From assembly GCA_028534125.1 (NCBI GenBank), contig CM052851.1, forward strand, positions 496,001 to 560,000: DNA of 64,000 nt, read 5' to 3'. The position numbers and the translations under genes were made by a program. Origin of the DNA: Lama glama (taxonomy: Eukaryota). Each line of letters starts with the position of its first letter. Position 1 is the stretch's first letter. The notes under the pieces are model-generated. The model was not told where the DNA came from and did not search any database. It saw only the letters and a program-made list of their open reading frames with translations. Positions 37,201 through 49,200 of this stretch are shown here, one piece after another.

Positions 37201-40200
37201 CTCACGGCACAGTCTTCAGAATGGACCGGATGCTGGACCGCAGGAGAAGCCTCAATACATGTAAAAGTTTAAAACCAACCACAATGAAATGAAATTAGAA
37301 ATCAGTAGCAGGAGGAAGGCAGGGAAATCCACAAGTGATGTGGAAATCAAACTTCCTAACTAACCAGGAGGCCAAAGAAGAAAACACAAGGGAGATGAAT
37401 AATACTTCGAGATAAATGAAAATAAAAACACAACATGCCAAGACTTACAGCTGCAGTGAAAGCAGTGCATGGGGGACACTTACAGCTGTAAATATCTACA
37501 TTGAAAAAGAAGCTCTCGAATTCCACCTTAAGAAACCAGGTAAAGAATAGGCAAAACCCAAAGCAAGCAGAAAGAAGAAGATAACAGAGTTTAGATCAAA
37601 GAGTTATTCTTTGAGAAGCTCAGTAAAACTGACAAACCTTAAGTCAGACTGACCGAGAAATAAAGAAGACTCAGGTTACTGAAATCAGGGAAGACAGGAC
37701 ATTCCTCCCAACTTCACAGAAGCAAAAAGCACTACGATGGAAAACCATGAGTAACTTGTATGCCAGCAATTAGGTAACTCAGATAAGGGGAGCAATTCCT
37801 AGGAAGACGAAATGACTGAAACTGACTCAGGAAGAAGTGAAAAATTTGAGCAGACTTATAACAAGCGATGAAGTTGAGTCAGTAACTTAAACCTATTCTG
37901 CAGGAGCAACGCCTGGCCCAGGCGGTGTCGCTTGTGAATTCTCTGACACTTAGCTCTAGTACTTCACACATTCTTTGAAAAAACTGAAGAGGAGGGAACA
38001 CTTCCCAAGTCCTTCTCTGAGGCCAGTATTACCCCAGTGACAGAGCTAGACACGGACAGCACAGGGAAGAAGACTACAGGCCAGTGTGTGTCGTGACTGT
38101 AGAAGCCAGAACCCTCAGTCACGTGCCAGCCAGCCGAAGCCGCGACGTACAAAAACGATTATACAGCAGGTCCAGGCGCGATGCGTCGCAGGAATTCAAG
38201 GCCCGCCTCACACGTGGAAGTCAGTCAGCGTAACACACCGTACTACTACGATGAAGAACCAAACACACGTGGCCGTAACAGTAGGTGCAGAAAAGACATT
38301 TCACAAAACCCAACGCGCTTTCGTGATGAAAAACACTGAACAAGTGAGAACCAGGAGGGGGCTTCTTTGACTTGATGAAGGGTGTCTGTGAGGAATCCAC
38401 AGCTGTGGTCTTACTTAGTGATGAAAGACTGTCTCCCCCTGAGGTCGGAAGTGTGGCGAGGATGCGTGCTCTTCTCCTTCTGCTTGATGTAACTGGGGGC
38501 TCTGTGCTGGGGGGTTACGTAAAAGGAAGAGGAGCAAAAGGCATCCAGGCTGGAAGGAAATAGGCAGAACGGTCTCTGTGTATAGCTGACGTCATCCTGT
38601 GTGTAGAAGACACTGACGAGCCCCCTGGAAAACTCCTAGAATTACAAACGAGTCAGCGAGGTTGCAGGAGGTAGGTGCAGCATGGGAGAGTCAGTTGTAG
38701 TTCTGTGTACTCTCAGTGAGGGGACATTCCGTTTACAGTGGCTTCAGAAGGAGTGAAATACTTAGGAATGAGTTTCAACGAAGTAAACGCAGGGCTTGTG
38801 CACTTAACCACGAGACATGGTCGAAAGGGGTAGAGGAGCCTATGCTCACGGGTTAGAAGGTGTAATATCGCGGGGTACCGAAACCCCCATTACCACTCCT
38901 GCCCTGGCAGTGGGGTGCCGATTGGTGCAGCCGCTGTGGAGGACAGTACGGGGGTTCCTTAAGAGCCTGAAAGTAGACTTGCCATGGGGTCCAGCAATCC
39001 CACTCCTGGCATATATCCGGAGAAAAATAGAGTTCAAAAAGACACGTGCACCCCAGTGTTCGCAGCAGCGCCGTTTACGACAGCCAAGACACGGAAGCAG
39101 CCCAAGTGTCCTTCGACAGATGACTGGACAGAGAAGGCGCAGTACGTGTATCCAGTGGGACACTACTCAGCCACGCAGAAAGAAGGAGGTGGTGCCATTT
39201 GCAGCGATGCGGATGGGCCTGAAGACCGTCATTCTCAGCGAAGCTGCTGGGAGGAGAAAGAAGAATGCCACGTGAGAAATCTGAAAGATAACAGCATAAG
39301 GGCACACGTGCGCTGCTTGTTGTTTGTGACTAAGAGGACTGCTTTCCTGAGTGTGTGAGCGCAGCCGACTGTCCTGTATGACTGGGTCACCGCATTCTGT
39401 TGATCCTTGCCTTGTGGTTGGCTTTGTTCCTTTGATAATTATGTAAGTTTAAAAAGCTAAAGCTCTAACCTGTTCTTAGAAACAACAATCAGTACACATG
39501 CGTAAACTAAAAAAAGGGAGCAGTACGCTGTATTATTTATGTATCTGCGTGCAATAGAATGTGTATGTGCAGTCGGACTGTAATAATTCTACCCAATAAA
39601 ACTGAAACAGGAGGAAAAAAGAGTTACGCCATGGAACTATACCCTAAACCTGTAACTGGGAATCTAACCGTATACTGCTGATTTGTGAACTCTTGGGGAA
39701 AAGCTTTTATTTTTTACGTTAAAAAATAATCCCCAGCTGACCTATAGGTTTAGTGCCGTCCTTACCAAAAATCCGGGGTGCCTCTGTTTTGCTGAGATAA
39801 CCTGGTCCTAAAGTTCACGAGGAGTGCGGAGGGCGCGGAGTAGTCAGCACCATCTTGAAGATCGGAGTTGGAGGGTTCGCCTCCCTGCTCCAAAGCTTAA
39901 TGCGAGCGATCAAGACGCTGTCCTGGTGTAAGAGTGTAGATCGATGGAATAATGTTGAGAGGGTAGAGATAAGCCTTCACCTTTTTGGTCAGTTGGTTTT
40001 TGACATGAGTGCCGAAGTAGTTCAGTGCGGGAAAAAGTCTTTTAAAGAGATGGTGCTGGGATAGCTGGACACCCGTGTGCGGGAGAATGAGATTGGACCC
40101 CTGCCTCACAGCATCCACAAAAGGTAGCTCAGAATGGATCCTGAGCCTACATGCAAAAGCTGAACTGTAGATCTCTTACAAGACAACATAAGAATAAATC

Positions 40201-43200
40201 TTTGTGATCTTGGGAGATGGTGTCTTAGATACGACAGCAGAAGTACAAGTGATTTAAAAAAGGTAAATTGGATTTCATCAAAGTTAAGAATGCTTATGCT
40301 GCAAAATGCTGTCAAGAAAGTGAAAAGACAATCCAAGAATGAGAGAAAATATTTGAAAAGCAAGTATCTGTTAAAGGGCTTGTATGCAGAATGCATTAGA
40401 AAACTCCACAGTAAGAAGGCAGGCGGCCCAATTAAAAGTGTGTGAAGCGTCTGAACATACTTTCTCCCAAGTAAGTTTGCAGCAGCCCAGTAAGCACGGT
40501 GAGCGCCGTTAGGCAACTGCAGACCCAAACCACAGAGAGACACCACTTCACACACACTGGGAGGGCCGGAGTGGACGCCGCGGACAGTCGCGAGTGTCGG
40601 CAGCGTTGTGGGGCGGTTGGAGCCCTCGTTCTTGAGCTGATGTAGAATGGCGCTGCCTTTTGGGAAGACATCCTGTCAGTTCCTCAAAATGTTAAACGCA
40701 GAATTGTCATACGTCCCAGCGGTTCTACTCCCAGGTGTCTATGCAAGAGAGATGGAAATGTGTGTGTTTACACGACAACTTGTCCAAGAATGTTCATAGC
40801 AACATGATTTGTGATAGTCATCAAGTGATGGACAGATGAGTGGCGTGTCCATGTAACGCAGGGTTCCTCAGCAGGAAAGGGACGAGGCACTGATTCATGC
40901 TACCTTGGAAGCGCCATATTGGAAAACAGCCATGCTCTCTTTTGTGATTGGTGAGAGAAGCAATCACAAAGCACCGTACACAGATGCTGTTTGTGTGGAA
41001 TGTTTGGAGGAGTACTGAGAGACAGAAAGTAGATTACTGGGCGCCAGGGGCTGAGGAGGGCAGTGTTGCTGAGTGACTGCTGGTGGGTGTGGTGTTTCGG
41101 ACTGGGGAGATGAAAGTTTTCCAAAATGAGGTGGTGCTGCTGGGTACACAGCTGTGAGTACACTGAAAACCACTGACTTGTGCACTTTAGTGAATTGTGT
41201 ACTATGTGAATTCTGTCTCACTGAAGCTGCTGGAAAAAGATGCATCTGCTAACATTTGTCAGACGTGGTTTTATCTTCTGTGGCATGGCACCATTTAATC
41301 TTCGGTGACCTCCTATTCCGTCTCTCGTTGAGGATCCCTGTCCTGAGGCCCATCCTTCCCGTGCAGAAATACGGAGAAAACGCAGAGCGGTGTCCTGGCG
41401 CTCACTGTGGCCTCCTGCGGGCAGACTGCTGTGTGTGTTTGCTGGCTGTCACGCTGGCACCTTGCGGCACTCCCGGCCGCTGGAGGAGAGACAGGCAGAG
41501 GGGTTGAGGGGGTGGTGGGTCCCGCAGCCAGCATGACATGGGTGTGGCCTCCAGGCCAGGCTGGGCCTCGGGGTTTGCTCCATTTACCGCTGTGCTGACC
41601 GCCTTCAGTTTGAGTTGAGCAGTGGTATCTTTCCTCAAAAATAGGCTTTTGTTTGGTCAGTTTTGGACTTTTGGATTACTCAGTGAAATCACTTTGTATA
41701 CGGACTAAAATTCTTTATTTCGACCAAGTTTTGTTGTAAGGTTCAGGCTTACTACCTTAGGATCCTGGTGGTTTGGTGTGCTGGTTGTGATCGGCTGTGG
41801 TAGGCTCCCGTCCTCTGTTCTGAACTGGGCTGTTCCCAGATGCTGATACGGCTTGTTGATTAGTTCGGCCTTCAAACCAGAAGCAATCATTAACCAGCAT
41901 GTTACTCTGGAAGAATGACCAGGGGTGGTAATTCTGAAAATCCAAGAGCTTTTTTCAGAGCCTGTCTCTGTAGACTGTGTTCTTTGTGACTTCCTGACTG
42001 CGAACGGGAGCTTGTTTTGGGCAGTGTTCGGGAGCCAGTGTCGGTTGCTCGCTGGCTGCCAGAAGTGCCTGTGACGGCCCTGGTGTTTTCCACGGCCGAT
42101 GGACCTGCCGCATTTCAGATAGAGACAACGCAGGGTGGCAAAACCGGGGTCTCTTCCCCGCAGGACAGATCAGACCGCAGCCACGTCCCAGCTACTCTCG
42201 CTGACGCTTTACCCATTTTAACAAGTGGCTTTCTGAAGTCAGGGTAGGGCGATAACCGCCCCGCCCCACTCCCAAAGCTAATCCTTGGTCTAAGAAGACT
42301 GTGTTTCTGGCTGGATCTGCTCCCAGCGGTGAGGGGCAGCTGGGCTTGATGGCGAGGCTCCCGCCCGGAGGGAGGTGCGGCTCGCTGAGAAGCCCTGCCG
42401 GGCCCGGCGCACACGTTTCTCCCGAGTTCTCGCCGGGCGGAGGACGAGGTCTTGGCCGTGCTCAGTGGAGGGCGCCTCCTCCCTGGGCCCTGGGCAGCAG
42501 TGTCGGTCTGTGTGTGGGTGTCAGTCCCCCAAGTCGGGCTCGACACCTGGCCCAGGCGTGTCTGAGTCCAGAGCAGCTGCTGCTCAGACAGAAGGCCTCG
42601 TGGGCGTTGCTGGGCTGACATGTGGCTCGGCCTCGCTCAGCCAGGTGGGAGCACCGTCCAGGTAAGGGCAGTGTTTGTGCACTCATGTCCTTGGTCCCCG
42701 AGGTGGCGTCTCCACCGTGTGACAGTCCAGTCAGTGAACAGGTGGTCCGGCCCACACCTGAGCGGGGGTCTGAGGCCTGAGGAAGTCTGGCTCTCTTCCT
42801 CGTGTAAGCTGCTCGATCTTTTCCTCTAGGTGTTCACAGGACTTTTCTTCTTCTGAGTCCGGTAATTGCATCACAGTATGTTTTGGTGTGTGTTATTTGG
42901 GGTTGATACTCCCAGTGTGGCTTCTTATGTGGCTCTAAGTCTTTCATTTCCTTTGCTTACTTTCAGGAAAGCTTGCCCAGTGACGCACTGGCCGCCCCGC
43001 TGCTCAGCGGCCGCCTTCCTGGGGCCCTACTGCCCGCGTGTGCGTCTTTGTCCACTCCCAGCATTGGCTGCTTTTTCCTCAGTTCCTTATCCTTCTCCTC
43101 CTTTCTTTTTTATTTAAATAATTTTATTGATCTTCATCTTCTGTTTCTCTAAGGACCTCTGTCATGCTTATATTCTTCTGTTCCTTCTGTTCCTTGCTCT

Positions 43201-46200
43201 TCATTTGCGAAGTGATTTTCCGTTTCTCATCTGCCTGATTTCTGTCACCTCAGAGCCGAGTTTTCTGTGGACGTTTAGGCGTCTTCTGCACTTTTCCTGC
43301 TGTTTCTGGCTTGTTCCCAGCTTGAGGGCCCCAGTGCCGCTCCGGCCTGCGGGGCCGCCTGCCTCAGGAGCTGCCTCTGCCTGTGGGGTCCTTCTGCTCC
43401 CCGGCCTCCTCTTCCTGGTTGTCTCTTGCCCCAGCTCTTATTTTTACGTGGAGTTTGTTCTCTGGGCCGTCGGAGGAGCAGGCTCTAGGGTGGCTTTTCT
43501 GTCGCATGGACTCCCTCCTGCAGCATCTGGGCCTGGTGCTGCTTCCGAGTGCCCTGGCGCTGGCCGCTGGCCCCTGTGGCCCTCCCTGTCACTCAGTGGG
43601 AGGCCCGGGCCTGGCGCGCCAGACCCGGTCCTCACGCTCAGCCCTGCGAGGTCCCCTGGGGCTGTTTGGGGCTCCCCCTCCTCTTTGACCCTCCCTCGCC
43701 CAGCTGTCCTGCTGCGAGGGCCTGTGGCTTGTGGTGGTTTCCCTGCTGAGGGGACTGCGCGCAGAGATGTGAAGTAATTTCTCCTTGGTTGCAGAGTGCG
43801 TCGAAGGCCGTTCTTCACCACTGGTTTCTGCTCCTCCCCTGGCTACCCCTAACTCCAGATTATGTGCTTTTGCTTTTGTTTTGTGATTTACTGGTCTGGG
43901 GTAATAGCTGTAGATTCCCCCTGGGAAAGCTGACTTAACATTAACCGTGACTCCCTCTGCCCACTGCCTCCTATCTTTGTCCCACTTCTCTCGGTTGACC
44001 CCTCTTGACTCTGCACAACACAGGTGCCTGCCTCTCGGGGTCTGTCTTCCCTAGGGCTGGGGTAGGTGGAGCAGAAGGAAGCTCTGACACACGGATTCCT
44101 GCCACCTGGTGAGGCACACAGGCCTGCGGGACTCCCGTGCACTCAGGCCGGGCCACGTGGCCGCTGCCCATGGTCTCTGTTTCTCTGTGAGTGCTGCAGA
44201 AGGTGCCCAGGTCTTGTTCTCCTGGCCCTTTCAGCCGAGTCGGAGAAGACTAATTAAGGAAAAGTTTGCCCTCGACCTGCCGCCCTGGGCATCAGGCCTG
44301 CTGCTCTACACGCTGCCCCCTCGTTTCCTGGGAGCCTTCGGCTACCCAGCCTCGCACAGAGGAGGAAGCGGGGCACAGCTATGAGCTTCCTGTGCCATCA
44401 GGGCTGGGAAGGAGGTTCGGGGTGTCCTCCCAGCCCACATCCTCGCTCCCCAGAGCTGAGGTGTTGCGTTGTCAAAGCTCTCCAGCCCCCACTCTCACCT
44501 CCGTTGGAATGGCAGTTCCCCAAGTAGGAGGTGTTGCCTCAGCCCAAGTCCTGGCACCTCGAACGGCGCCTGGACAGCGCGCATGCCTCTTGCCCCCATC
44601 CCGGCCAGGGCTTTTGGGCAGTAGTGGCTCCGGCGGCCCCGTGTTACTTCGGCAGATGCTTATTAGCATGGCGGTAGCAGAAGATGAAGGATGTTGTGGA
44701 GCACCCTGGGGAGAGGCAGGCGGCCCTGCTGGGGAAGGCAGGTACGTTCCAGAAGAGGCCGCGCTGGAGGCCGAGCCGGGGGGTGGTGTGTCTGGAGGAG
44801 AGAGCAGTGTGCCCCGCGTGTGGGCATCTGCGAGCACCCGGGCCTGGCGGTGCTCTGCGGGGGCGGCTGCGGGGGTGCCTTTCCTCCCCTGGAGGTGGTC
44901 ACTGAGCCCAGGACTTGCCCGGAGAGGGTCTTTAGCAGTAAACTTTGTCCTGCTTCAGAAAGTGACGTACACGGAGACATACACGGGTGTGGACATCCAG
45001 CTCCCCTTGGCCCGTGTGATGGACAGTGTCTTGTATCCCCCAGCACTCGTTGAGGCGTGTCCTCTCGAAAAGCTGCCCGTGCTTTGAAGGCCTGTTTCTG
45101 CAGCTTGTCCAGGGGAGTGGAGCTGGCATGCCCCGCTCTGCTCCGTGGCTGATGTGCTGCACACCCGCAGGTGCTCGTGGCAGGAGGGCCGACTGAGCGT
45201 GGGCTGCAGGTTCTGGTGGAAGTCTGACTCCATATGCGTGATACACCTTCCGTCTCTCTTTGGTAGAACGGAGCACTCCCAGACATCACTGAGCACTGTA
45301 CAGGTGGACTTCCCCGACTTTGTCAGCTGGTGAATTTCATAAAGAAAGCACACTAGAAGCCTGCAGTAGTTAAAAATGAGAAACGTTGTCTGTGGCAGTA
45401 CAAGTCAGCTTTAGGAGTGAGTTGTTAGCTGGTGGTGATTTATCGCGAGAACGCTCCGCAGCACTGTCTGTGTTTAGTGGCCCTGGGCCGCGGCGGAGGC
45501 GCAGTGGGCCGCTCCGCTCTCTCCCGGGGCCTTTGTGGGTGCTCCCGTCCTGACCGGCGGCCGCCTCCTGGCCCGCCTCGCGGGCCCAGATTGCTTCTCT
45601 CCTGGGGCTCCAGGGGGCCGAGACTCTGCCCACGACGCTGATGTCGGTCTGATTGGGGAGTGAGTGTTCGTTTTGAAATCAGTTAAAGCAGGATGCATTT
45701 GTGTTCTCTTTTTTAGGCAAAAGTAAAGAAGCGGAAATAAAGAGAATAAACAAAGAGCTGGCAAACATTAGATCAAAATTTAAAGGTAAGTGTGTTTAAC
45801 CTTTGTCATGAAATATACTGTTGTAAGCTTTATACAGTAAGGACCTAATCTTTTAATGTTATCCATTTATTTTTTTCATTTCAAACCAAAGTTAAGGTCT
45901 CAGTGCAGTTACTGTCATGGCTCTGTTGGAACTAAATCGCTTAAAGTCAAGCTAGCAGTTATTCTTGAGTCGTTTGGCGGTTTGTAGAGTTGATCAGATA
46001 GCGTGCCCCCCCGCCAAACCCGGACCGGCCTTGCCCGGAGCTGGAAGGACACTAATCTGGAGTAGCTTCTTGCACTTCCAGCTGCAGACTGTCCACAAAG
46101 TGGAGGAGCGTGTGAGCCCGCAGCTCCGACACGTTAGGGCAAAGCACGTGTCTCGGGTAGAGGCTGCTGGTGGTGTGCAGTGCCGTGTGGTGATCTAAGC

Positions 46201-49200
46201 CCTTCCTGCGCGGAGGTGGGTCAGCGAGTAACACACCGCGCTACCTGGTCTGCTCAGGGAGCTGCCTCTCTGTGAGCCAGTCTGCGGGGTGCATGCCTTC
46301 CCTGAGCGTCCTCACCCTGAACAATTGCCAAGTGTAGACTGTCCGCCTTGGGACACATTTATGAAAGACTGGTTAATCCTGGAGAGAGCCAGGCCTGTGC
46401 AGCCTTGCCGCGGGCAATGGCAGGTAGGCGCAGCAGTCCTCCAGAGGGTGAGGCCACCATCAGAGGCTGCAAGTGGTCCCCCCAGCCAACTTCCCCAGCA
46501 CGTCGTCCAGCACCTGTTCCTCGATGGCCAGGCACACCGAGTGCCAAGACGGCACGAACAAGCACCTGTAGAGCCAGCGGACACGGAGTCACAGAGGCCC
46601 TGATACCAGGTGCAGCTTATAGTGAAGAAATGGGCTCACGATTTTAAAGAAGTGAAAGGCAAACTTGAAAATTCCAATGGGGAGCTTGGGCAGTGTAGGA
46701 GGCGACCTAGCCGACTTTGAAATAAGACCAGGTGGAAGCTCTGGGGCTGAAGGGGGGCTTGGGTGGAGGTGACAGCGGACACTGGAGAGAGGCTGGTGCT
46801 CTGAGCGACGGCTGAGGAGACAGCCTTGCCTGAACGTGGCCCGGGTCTGGACTGAAAGGGAGAACAGAGGGATGGGTGAGAGGCCTGGGGAGTGGTAGAA
46901 AGGTCTGAAAGGCTTAACTGAACTTCCTGGAGGAAAGGAGAGTTGATGTGACAGAGAACTTTGAAGAATTCATGAGATTCACCAAACCTCACAGTCAACA
47001 CACAGTAAACTAAATAAATAAAATGAAATCTATGCTGAGACACACGTCTATGGAAGAGCGGAGACCGCAGAGGTGGCCGGAGGGGGCTGTCTTCATGGGA
47101 GCTGCCTGGGTGCTGATTCTCCCGGGCTGGGGGCTGGGGCAGGGCCCAGCGCCACCGCACGTGCTAAAAGAGTAACAGCCAACTGACGGGTCTACACCAG
47201 CAGTGAAAGTCTTCTAAGAAAGAAGCCAAAAAAGACCTTTTTCAGACAAAAATGGAGGGTTTCCCACCAGAAGTCCAGTGCAGGAGATTCTAAAGGATGT
47301 TCTTCAGGCCAGAAACAGATGACGTCAGAGGCAGACAGAGGGCAGATGTAATGGGTGTGCAGGTCAGTCACAGAGAAGTGAGAGCCTGACAGCAAGCAGG
47401 TGGGAGAGATGTGGACGGGGCCAGGGACACCAGGGACACCGGGGAGCAGAGCCCACGGAAACTGTGCTGTCAAGAGGGCTGGGCCGCCGGCCTCACATGG
47501 CGCTCTGTCCTAAGGGAGGATGCGGGCCTCGGGGTGGCCAGCGTCCACGTGCGAGGCCTGGCCTCCGCTTGCTTGTCCCCTGGCCTGTGGGAGGCTTCCC
47601 TCCCCGCATCCCCCGAGAAGACACTGGAGAGAGATGTGGGCCTCACGGTGGAGCAGTGTCTGGCTGTGAGGCCCAGCCTCTGCTCGCTCGTCCCCTGGCC
47701 TGCGGGGGCTCCGTGCTCCCCAAAGACGCTGGAGAGAGAGGCACACGGAGGGGCCCGGAGCCGCTGCGCAGGGGAGGGGCAGCAAGCCCGGCGGGCCTGT
47801 GGGCTGTGAGCGGGAAGCAGGGCCGGCTGTGTGCCCGGGTGCTCGGGTCGGGGGAGACGAGCCGGCACGCCTCAGTGTTGGCACCTCTGGAAACCAGGGT
47901 TGTGCCGTGCTGTCCTGCCCAGAGGCTTCCTTCTCACTGATGGGCGTCACCAGTTAGCGGGTGGCACAGGCTAACTGCTTGTTCACTGCTGAGCCCTCAC
48001 CGAGTCCCAGGTGCTCGGGCACAGAGGTGGGTGAGGAAAGTTCCCGTAAAGCACTGACGTAGATACAGAAAGACTAGAAAACGCACCCTCTGTTGCTGCG
48101 GGAGCGCAGGGCTTGCGCTGGGGGCTCCTCGTGCTGCTCCCTCCAGGCGCCTGTGCCCTGGCTTTCCCATTTCCAGGTTTCACCCACGTTCTTTGATCTT
48201 TCGTTCTCCTTTTTCCCCTGGGATATGTGGACAGAGCGACTTTGAAAAAATTGGCTCTGTAACTTACAGTGAAATTCCCTTATTATATGCAAATGCATGT
48301 ATTCATGCCCTCAGACAAAACAGGGGATGCCTCCAAGACCCCAGAGTGCCCCTCTGCACTCACCCTCCTCCCTGGGAGCCACTGACCTGCTTTCTATCGC
48401 TTTTCTGCTGTTTCTAGAAATGTTGTAGGAAGGTCATCTGCCCTGTGAGGCCTCGAGTGCTGCCCTCTGACTCAGCAGTGTGGGCATTTGGGTTGTTTCC
48501 GGTGCTGCCTGCTGGGGCCGGGCGCTGGGAACACCGTGCGGGAGTTCTGGGGGACATCTGGGAGTGGCACGGCCAGGTCCCTGGAGAGTGTGTGTGACCT
48601 TCTGGAGCCTGCCGCGTGTCTCCCAGGGCTCCTGCCCCCTTCTCCTCCCCTGGCCCCTCCACGTTCTCGCCAGCACTTGGTGTGGCTCTTAATCTTAGTT
48701 TTTCTAGTGAGCATGTGCTGGTGCCTTGCTGTGGCTTTAATTTGCATTTCCCATTTTTTAACAGTTGAGTCTGGTTAAGTGCCCTGGAGAATAAAGACCG
48801 CGCCCAGGTGTGTAGGGGTTCTGGGGAGGAAAGTCTGAAGACTGAGCTCTAGAAAACAGCCAGCCGTGGAGGGGGAGGCATGGAGCCAGCGGTGGCCCCT
48901 CGTCCATTCTCAGCATCTTGTTCTTTTTCCCTCTTTGAACCTAAGGAGATACTTGTTGAGCCTGATCCCTGTGAGAAAGGGTCCCAGGTAAAAGTCAAGC
49001 GGAAGGATTTGGTCACTGGGGCTCGGTCGCATTGCCCTAGAGACGGAAAGTGAATCTCGCGACGCCGGGGGACCTGTAGGTTCTTCCTGGCATTTTGCTT
49101 GTCAGGTGAGGACATTCTCAGTGAGGCAGGGCCCGACTCGGGTTATCAGGTACAGAGCCTGTGGGGGCAGGAGGTGTGGGAGCCTCTCTTCAGCCTGGGA

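Noticed and set aside
38817-39358. Functional L1 ORF2 protein
   Set aside because: Only a frameshifted C-terminal fragment is present; there is no intact endonuclease or RT frame.
41840-41945. Possible intronic box C/D snoRNA (ATGA...CTGA)
   Set aside because: No proper RTGATGA box C, spacing is too short, and there is no terminal stem or recognisable guide.
44266-45087. 273-aa plus-strand ORF in AP2A2 intron 1
   Set aside because: Non-ATG start, low-information composition and no recognisable domain; expected by chance at this GC level.
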